Part shown: positions 58,126 to 64,000 of the stretch, piece by piece
How positions within the stretch are numbered: the first letter of the stretch is position 1
Layout of the letters: each line of letters begins with the position of its first letter
NCBI GenBank assembly: GCA_963801165.1
Contig: CAWDDT010000006.1
Span: 544,001-608,000 of the forward strand
DNA from: an uncultured bacterium
Lineage (GTDB): Bacteria; Actinomycetota; Acidimicrobiia; Spongiisociales; UBA5794
Direction of reading: 5' to 3'
Length of the DNA stretch: 64,000 bases
Notes under the pieces: generated by a model
Told to the model about the DNA's origin: nothing
Seen by the model: only the letters and a program-made list of their open reading frames with translations
Databases searched by the model: none
Position numbers and translations under genes: made by a program

Positions 58126-58518
58126 ATGTCCGACTACTCATTCTCGACGACCGTCGCAGGACCGATCGAGACTGCCCGGGAGAAGGTCGCCGCCGCCCTG
58201 GCAACGGAGGGTTTCGGGATCCTCACCGAGATCGACGTAGCCGCGACCATGAAGAAGAAATTGGACATCGACTTCGAGCCGTATCTCATCCTGGGGGCGT
58301 GCAACCCTCAGCTCGCACACCGCGCCCTCAGCGCCGATCCCAGCATCGGAGTTCTCCTCCCCTGCAACGTCGTGCTGCGAGACAGTAAGGGCGAGATCAC
58401 GGTCGAGTTCATGGATCCGGCGGCAGTGCTCACACTGGTCGAAAGAGAGGGCATCGCCGAGATCGCAGCCGAAGTGAAGGGAAGGCTCGTCCGCGTGAAA
58501 GAAGCCCTCGCCGGCTGA
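58126..58518 (+). CDS. DUF302-domain protein
   Basis: EGFGILTEIDV, YLILGACNP..AH.AL, IGVLLPCNVV. Confidence 0.9.
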   Translation: MSDYSFSTTVAGPIETAREKVAAALATEGFGILTEIDVAATMKKKLDIDFEPYLILGACNPQLAHRALSADPSIGVLLPCNVVLRDSKGEITVEFMDPAAVLTLVEREGIAEIAAEVKGRLVRVKEALAG

Positions 58519-58542
58519 CCTTTCCAGAATTACGATGGTGCC

Positions 58543-58917
58543 GAGCCCGGGAGACGACCGCGTTCGGCGCCGCCGACCCGTTCGGCGCACCGACCGAGGA
58601 AAGTCCGGACTCCGCAGGGCATGGTGCTGGGTAACACCCAGGCGGGGCAACCCGACGGAAAGTGCAACAGAGAGCAGACCGCCGTAACGGCAAGGGTGAA
58701 ACGGTGGTGTAAGAGACCACCAGCGCTCCGGGTGACCGGGGCGGCTAGGCAAACCCCACCAGGAGCAAGGCCAAGCAGGGAGTGAGCTGCCCGCTCGTTA
58801 ATCCCAGGTGGGCCGCATGAGCCCGTCCAGCAATGGCGGGCCTAGATAGATGGTCGTCGCCGGGCGCCGGTCCTCGGACCGGATGCCGGGTACAGAATCC
58901 GGCTTACGACCGGGCTC
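58543..58917 (+). ncRNA. rnpB: RNase P RNA, bacterial class A
   Basis: GAGGAAAGTCCGGACTC, GGAAAGTGCAACAGAGAGCAGACCGCC, GGGTGAAACGGTGGTGTAAGAGACCACC, ACAGAATCCGGCTTA; terminal P1 pairing GAGCCCGG/CCGGGCTC. Confidence 0.97.
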
Positions 58918-58920
58918 ATA

Positions 58921-58952
58921 GGAAGGGCCCCCGAGCATTCGGGGGCCCTTCC
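58921..58952. terminator. Hairpin terminator after rnpB
   Basis: GGAAGGGCCCCCGA-gcat-TCGGGGGCCCTTCC. Confidence 0.8.
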
Positions 58953-59030
58953 ACTTCTCCGCCAGCTGTAATCTTCAGGGGTGTGCTACCAACTCCAGGT
59001 CAGGCCCGGAGCCTCTCTAGCACCCTTCTC

Positions 59031-59873
59031 TCACTCATCGCCCCAGCCACTGACGACGGCGTACGCACCCGAGGACCCGGTGCCTTCGTCCGAGTGATGT
59101 CGGAACATAGCGAGGAAAGCAGCGCGCGGCTCATGACCGTTGGAGAGCGGCTCCAGCGTGATGCCGACTCTCAGCTCCGCCCCCGACGGGTGAACAAACC
59201 TGACCACTACCTCTTCGAGATCCTCGTCTTCCTTCTCGATGGCAAGGCGCCACCGTTCCATATCGGCGGGGTGGCACATAGCGACAAGCGGGACTCCGAT
59301 GACCTCGCTCAGCGGCAGTCCCAGCATGTCCGCCGCGTCCTCCTCGGCAAACAGGAGCGCACCCTCTCTATCCAGGATGGCAACTGCGGTCGGGTTCTCG
59401 TCGCTGGAGAGGGCATCTTCACCCGTGATCGGCGAGGTTGTTTGAGCCTTGTTCTTGCTGTGGCTCTCGGAACTATGACGCTGGATGGCAAGCTGCACAG
59501 ATCGTGCCAGCGCATCGGCGGTCACGGTGCCCTTGACGAGATAGTCCTGCGCCCCGCGGCGAACGGCACGCAACGCGAGGTGGTCGTCCTTGTGGGCGCT
59601 GAGTACGACAATGGGAACGTGCGGAGCGTTCAGCAGCATCGAGTCGACCGCCTCGAGCCCATCAGCATCGGGAAGCACCAGATCCAGGAGCACACAGTCT
59701 GGAGCGGATTCGCGTATGGCCTCCAACGCAGATTCGAGCCGCTTGACATGACGAACCGGGGCTTCGTCCCCCCATGCCTCGCTGAGCATCGTCAGAACCA
59801 GACGCGCATGAAGCGTGTTGTCTTCAACCACCAGGAGATCCGGTGGCCCGTTGCTCATATTGTCTTGTTCCAT
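59031..59873 (-). CDS. Response regulator receiver + PAS domain protein
   Basis: LLVVEDN, VLLDLVLPDADG, IVVLS, GAQDYLVK; PAS-like segment ILDREG...MLG....VIG.....HPAD. Confidence 0.85.
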   Translation of the reverse strand: MEQDNMSNGPPDLLVVEDNTLHARLVLTMLSEAWGDEAPVRHVKRLESALEAIRESAPDCVLLDLVLPDADGLEAVDSMLLNAPHVPIVVLSAHKDDHLALRAVRRGAQDYLVKGTVTADALARSVQLAIQRHSSESHSKNKAQTTSPITGEDALSSDENPTAVAILDREGALLFAEEDAADMLGLPLSEVIGVPLVAMCHPADMERWRLAIEKEDEDLEEVVVRFVHPSGAELRVGITLEPLSNGHEPRAAFLAMFRHHSDEGTGSSGAYAVVSGWGDE

Positions 59874-60146
59874 CGTCTGGGCCCTCCGCTGGATCAGCGC
59901 CTCTCGATGAATCGGCCGGTTGTGCCGTTGCCTTGAGCCGGTAGTGCCAGGGGTGTGACATCGGCCCAATTACCGCCAGGTGCGACCTCGTCGTGATGCC
60001 CGAGAATACATCCACCGAGCAGGCACTCAGCCAGAGCTGCCCACCCTCGCCCGATTGCCGGACCGCCGCCCTCGTGTCGGCGCAGACGTGCCAGGATGGG
60101 AGCCGCGCCATCTCCCCCATGGCCGCTCGCATGAGAAAGGAAAGCC

Positions 60147-61133
60147 GTGACCCAATTCGCCTATTTCTGCGGCCATGAGCAATGGCAGCCTGAAACACTC
60201 GTCGAGCATGCGGTCCTTGCAGAGCAAGCGGGTTTCGACTTCCTCGTTGTCTCCGAGCACTTCCATCCATGGGTCGACGACACTTCGGCGGCGGGATACG
60301 CCTTCTCGACGATCGGCGCCATGGCCCAGGCCACCTCCCGGGTCAACATCGCAACCGGCGTCACCACGCCCCTGTTCCGGTACCACCCTGCCGTCGTTGC
60401 GCAGGCAGCGGCCACCCTTGATAGGTTGTCGGGCGGACGGTTCCACCTCGGCGTTGGCACAGGTGAGAACCTCAACGAAGGCCCGCTCGGCTACCCCTTC
60501 CCCGGCTACGCGGAACGGGCGGCTCGCATGAGGGAGGCGCTCCAGATCATGAGACGCCTCCTCGACGGCGAGAAGCTCGACTTCGCCGGCGACTTCTACC
60601 AGACCGACCGCGCCCGGCTGTACAGCCCGCCGATCGGACGAGTTCCGATCTGGCTCGCAGCGGGCGGACCTAAGTCGGCTTCCCTTGCCGCCGAACTCGC
60701 AGATGGCATCATCACCAGTGTCAAGAAGCCGGCCGACACCTTCGAGAAAGTAATCGAGCCCGCCCGCACGGCAACCGCGGGCGCCGGCAAGGAGCAGCTG
60801 CCAGTGATGGCTTCGCGCTGGTCCGTCCGTGCGGACAACGACGATGAAGCGTGGGAGGCACTATCGGCGTGGCGTGGGTTGCGGGCGCCGGGGCGCCTGG
60901 AGGCAGTCGATCCCCAGGTGTTGCGGGAACGAGCCGACGCCATGGACCGCCGCGAGGTTCTCGAGAGCTACTCGCTCGTCGCTACGGCGGCCGACTACGT
61001 CGACCAGTACTCGCCTCTGGTCACCGACCTTCACGCCGACATCGTTGTGATCCAGACGACATCGCTCGATCAACCGGACACCATCGCAATGCTGGGCAGA
61101 GACGTCCTTCCCGAGCTGCGCGGTCTCCTGTGA
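60147..61133 (+). CDS. F420-dependent LLM oxidoreductase, G6PDH (Fgd) family
   Basis: HEQW.P..LV, SEHFHPW, TGVTTP.FRYHPAVVAQA.ATL, GVGTGENLNE. Confidence 0.9.
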   Translation: MTQFAYFCGHEQWQPETLVEHAVLAEQAGFDFLVVSEHFHPWVDDTSAAGYAFSTIGAMAQATSRVNIATGVTTPLFRYHPAVVAQAAATLDRLSGGRFHLGVGTGENLNEGPLGYPFPGYAERAARMREALQIMRRLLDGEKLDFAGDFYQTDRARLYSPPIGRVPIWLAAGGPKSASLAAELADGIITSVKKPADTFEKVIEPARTATAGAGKEQLPVMASRWSVRADNDDEAWEALSAWRGLRAPGRLEAVDPQVLRERADAMDRREVLESYSLVATAADYVDQYSPLVTDLHADIVVIQTTSLDQPDTIAMLGRDVLPELRGLL

Positions 61134-61139
61134 TGTGCC

Positions 61140-61802
61140 TCAGGAGACGTCGGCGGTGAGCTGCCGGATGTATTCGATCTCGAACGCGAGATTCTTGTTA
61201 CCCTGATCGAGCGCAGACGCCGCCTCGAGACCCGGGAGAACGGCGTCGGCGTACGCAGCTGCTACCTCGCTCGCATGCTCCCCATGCAACGCGGAGTCGA
61301 GATAGTCACCCAACGGGCCTATCAATGCAGGTCCCACGGTGGCTGCAAAGTCGATCTGCCAGCCCGACTCGCCACGCCGCAGAACGATCCTTCCCTCGCT
61401 CGTCGAAGTCGAAATGGCCACCGCGACGTGGTCTGCAATGCCCGGTACCGGCTCGAGGTTGCCTATCACGACCGCCGAGAGCGGCTCACCGCGGATCGCG
61501 GCGAAATCGTCCCGGAAGGACGTCCAGTATCCCGTCGCCAGGTCGTCTCCAAGACCGGTCGTCAGCAGACCGACCAGGTCATCCGATCGCAGGCTGTTCT
61601 CGACCGCAGCCACCACGGCCAATCCCGCAGGCTCGACGAGCGGCTCGAGCGTTGCCACGTCCGGCCCTTCGAGCGCCTGCAACCAGTCGGCGACCACCTG
61701 GGTCGGCTCGAGGTCGCCGACAACCGTGGTCGTGGTGTCGTCGGCTCCCCGCGCGCAGCCGGCAAGCAGTAAGACAGCCACAATCGACAGTACAAAACGC
61801 AT
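61140..61802 (-). CDS. Lipoprotein of unknown function
   Basis: LLAGC lipobox; Thr run; GWQID (NTF2-like end). Confidence 0.75.
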   Translation of the reverse strand: MRFVLSIVAVLLLAGCARGADDTTTTVVGDLEPTQVVADWLQALEGPDVATLEPLVEPAGLAVVAAVENSLRSDDLVGLLTTGLGDDLATGYWTSFRDDFAAIRGEPLSAVVIGNLEPVPGIADHVAVAISTSTSEGRIVLRRGESGWQIDFAATVGPALIGPLGDYLDSALHGEHASEVAAAYADAVLPGLEAASALDQGNKNLAFEIEYIRQLTADVS

Positions 61803-61860
61803 CCCCCCAGGCTACCGACGTAGAGTCGCCAACTGAACCTGGGGACCCTACACTCGCCGG

Positions 61861-62217
61861 ATGTCCGCGACCCCCAGCCGTGCCATCATCCTCGGCCTCG
61901 TCGCCGGGACTCTTGCGGGGCTGCTCGGTATCGGGGGCGGCATCGTCATCATCCCCGGTCTCGTTCTCTGGCTCGGATTCGGCCAGCACGAGGCTTCGGG
62001 CACCTCGATCACGACCGTCATCGCCACCTCGGCGGCGGCCCTCATCTCCTTCGCTTTCGACGGGTCGGTCGACTGGCATGCCGCGGCGCTGATCGCGATC
62101 GGCGCCCTCACCGGGGCCTCCATCGGTACCCGGATCCTGCACCTGATCCCCGCCAAGGTGCTCACCAAGGCCTTCTCAGTGGTCGCCATCATCGCCGCAG
62201 TCAGAATGGCGCTTTGA
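61861..62217 (+). CDS. TauE/SafE (TSUP) family half-transporter A
   Basis: AGLLGIGGGIVIIPGL, A.GTS, GASIG. Confidence 0.85.
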   Translation: MSATPSRAIILGLVAGTLAGLLGIGGGIVIIPGLVLWLGFGQHEASGTSITTVIATSAAALISFAFDGSVDWHAAALIAIGALTGASIGTRILHLIPAKVLTKAFSVVAIIAAVRMAL

Positions 62218-62573
62218 TGCCGGACGCGATTGCGTTCATCCTGCTCGGCCTGTTTGCCGGATTCGTCGCCTCGACCCTGGGTCTCGGCGGCGGCTTCATC
62301 TATGTACCGATGCTTGTCGTCTTCTTCGCCTTCGAACAACACACCGCACAGGGCACATCGCTTGCCGTGATCTTGCCGACCGCGCTTGTGGCGGGCTACC
62401 TGCACAGCAAGCGAGGAAGGGTCCGCTGGCGAACGGCGCTGCTCATGGGTGCGGGTGGGATCGTCGGTGGCTTCGCCGGGTCATTTCTGGCGCTGCGTTT
62501 GCCCGCCGACTTGCTGCGCAGGCTGTTCGCCGTTCTGCTAGTGCTTGTCGCGATCAGGATGTTCAACAAGTAG
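62217..62573 (+). CDS. TauE/SafE (TSUP) family half-transporter B
   Basis: LGLGGGFIYVPML, AQGTSL, LRRLFA; TGATG-coupled to half A. Confidence 0.85.
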   Translation: MPDAIAFILLGLFAGFVASTLGLGGGFIYVPMLVVFFAFEQHTAQGTSLAVILPTALVAGYLHSKRGRVRWRTALLMGAGGIVGGFAGSFLALRLPADLLRRLFAVLLVLVAIRMFNK

Positions 62574-63105
62574 CGTCACCTTCGATCGGCACATCGACGC
62601 GACCTGTGCGCCACAGCCTCGCCCGTTGCTCGGCGTCCGACAGCCGGGCGGCAGACCACAGATACGCCAGGTACCCCAGCCCCACGACCTCGCCGAGCCA
62701 GACCTTCCAGTCGCCCAGGACCGCTCCGACATATCCCCCCACGGTCGCAGGGCCGGCAGGCGAGAAACTCCATCCGAGCAGCGGCCACCACAGCGTCTCC
62801 GGGTCCAGCCACATGGCGTCGAGCAGGATGTGCAGCAGTAGACCAATGGCGAGGGGCATCCACATCTTGCGGGGGCGCCCGCGCCGGGTCGACATCACCA
62901 CGGCAACCATCACGAGGGCTGCCAGCAGCAACCCGTGTGTCACCAGACGCACGCTATGCAACCTGCTGTAGAACAACAGCCCGACCGGTGTGTCGATGAC
63001 ATCAGGAAGCAACGCTCCGAGCAGGAGAATCCTCAGATCCATCCGGTCATCACGAAACGTGTAGCGGGCAATGGCGATCGAAGCGCCGGCATGCCAGAAA
63101 AGCAT
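62563..63105 (-). CDS. Membrane-bound metal-dependent hydrolase (YdjM-like)
   Basis: H...GALLPD.ID, R.VTH, LHILLD, WWPL. Confidence 0.85.
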   Translation of the reverse strand: MLFWHAGASIAIARYTFRDDRMDLRILLLGALLPDVIDTPVGLLFYSRLHSVRLVTHGLLLAALVMVAVVMSTRRGRPRKMWMPLAIGLLLHILLDAMWLDPETLWWPLLGWSFSPAGPATVGGYVGAVLGDWKVWLGEVVGLGYLAYLWSAARLSDAEQRARLWRTGRVDVPIEGDATC

Positions 63106-63114
63106 CTCGTGCGA

Positions 63115-63825
63115 TCAGACGGCGAGAATCCGGCGGCAGTGGATACACCGGGGCGGGTCGGAGCGCTTGGCCTCGCTCACCTCCGGTGCGGTCAGCTTGA
63201 GATGACAGCCGCCACACGTGTTGTCGGTGAGCGAACCAACGGCGACGCCCTCCTTGGTGCCACGCAGTTGCTCATACAGACCGAGGAGGTTCTCGTCGAT
63301 CAGACGGACGATATCGGCCTTGCGCGCCTCCTTGACAGCAAGCTCGGCGTCAATGCCTGCCCACGCTTTCCTGATCGCGCCCTCGAACCCGGACCTCACT
63401 GTGCCGGCTTCCTCGTGTCGCGCCGTCAGGTCGGCTACAACGGCTTCCTGTTGCTCACGACTCTCCATCAGTTCGAGGACCTTGTCCTCGGCATCGCTCC
63501 GCTGCTTGGCCAGCATCTCGACCTCGCGCCGGAGGTAGTCGGCGTCGCGGGCGCTCAGCCCGCCTGCGTACAGCCGGTTCTGCTCCGCTTCCAGCCGTTG
63601 GGCTGTGATCTCCATCTCGCCTTCGGTCTTGTCGAGCTGGAGCGCCGTCTCCTGCATCTCGGTCCCGGCGGCGTCGAGTTGTTGCCGCAATGTCTCGAAT
63701 TGCTCATGCGCAACGCGGTATTGGTCGAGCTCGGGAAGCGATTGCCTCTCGTGTAGAAGACGATCGATCTGGAGGTCTACTTCTTGCAGATCGAGGAGGT
63801 CGGCAAGACTCTGTAGTTCCTCCAT
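63115..63825 (-). CDS. Coiled-coil protein with a C4 zinc ribbon (CT398-like)
   Basis: LL.LQEVD..ID.L; CGGCHL...C.HC.RIL. Confidence 0.9.
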   Translation of the reverse strand: MEELQSLADLLDLQEVDLQIDRLLHERQSLPELDQYRVAHEQFETLRQQLDAAGTEMQETALQLDKTEGEMEITAQRLEAEQNRLYAGGLSARDADYLRREVEMLAKQRSDAEDKVLELMESREQQEAVVADLTARHEEAGTVRSGFEGAIRKAWAGIDAELAVKEARKADIVRLIDENLLGLYEQLRGTKEGVAVGSLTDNTCGGCHLKLTAPEVSEAKRSDPPRCIHCRRILAV

Positions 63826-63827
63826 GC

Positions 63828-64000
63828 TCACCGTTCCTTCCACGGGTCGGCGTCGATATCGGTCATGTCGACGACATCACCTGCCATTTGTGCGACCGCA
63901 GCGTACAACGATCGCACGCCCGGCCGTTCCGTGGCCGCATGACCCGGGTCGATCACGGCCAGCCCGCGCGCGACTGCGTCGCGGGCCTGGTGATGCCCGA
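63828..64000 (-). CDS. Nif3-like dinuclear metal-centre protein, 3' end only
   Basis: GHHQARDA...LAVIDPGHAATERP...DPW*; commonly upstream of the zinc-ribbon gene. Confidence 0.82.
   Translation of the reverse strand, partial: GHHQARDAVARGLAVIDPGHAATERPGVRSLYAAVAQMAGDVVDMTDIDADPWKER

Noticed and set aside
58138-58752. ORFs overlapping 58430-58920
   Set aside because: The region is RNase P RNA; these ORFs are spurious translations

Overview
High-GC actinobacterial chromosome segment. F420-dependent LLM enzymes, WhiB, a Cdc48-like Cpa ATPase, an actinobacterial LexA box and SLH proteins carrying the GCNPP..CP motif suggest Acidimicrobiia (inference). It is mostly core metabolism: queG; ilvBNC-leuAB with a leader-peptide attenuator; pntAa/Ab/B; an ABC-2 exporter; an archaeal-type SAM synthetase; a menC-like enzyme; an SOS-boxed DEDDh/GIY-YIG nuclease followed by Cpa; a TrpR-like-repressor-led his operon; trpD; and RNase P RNA. 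Most notable: (1) an unannotated selenoprotein, a TlpA-type lipoprotein with in-frame UGA in a W-U-P-V-C motif plus a SECIS-like hairpin (49469-50041); (2) a sulfur-handling operon (sqr, DUF1641-like, tusE, dsrE-like) headed by a Xis/BldC-type HTH + PocR regulator with a phased GCA array upstream; (3) a tandem array of surface proteins with a constant SLH anchor and variable C-termini, flanked by two thiol oxidoreductases; (4) four copies of a ~48-bp palindromic REP-like element; (5) 16-17-bp tandem repeats at gene junctions that create coupled mini-ORFs. Two single-base frameshifts (dapA-like gene, hisG) are probably sequencing or assembly errors. No rRNA, tRNA, CRISPR array, transposase or integrase was seen.
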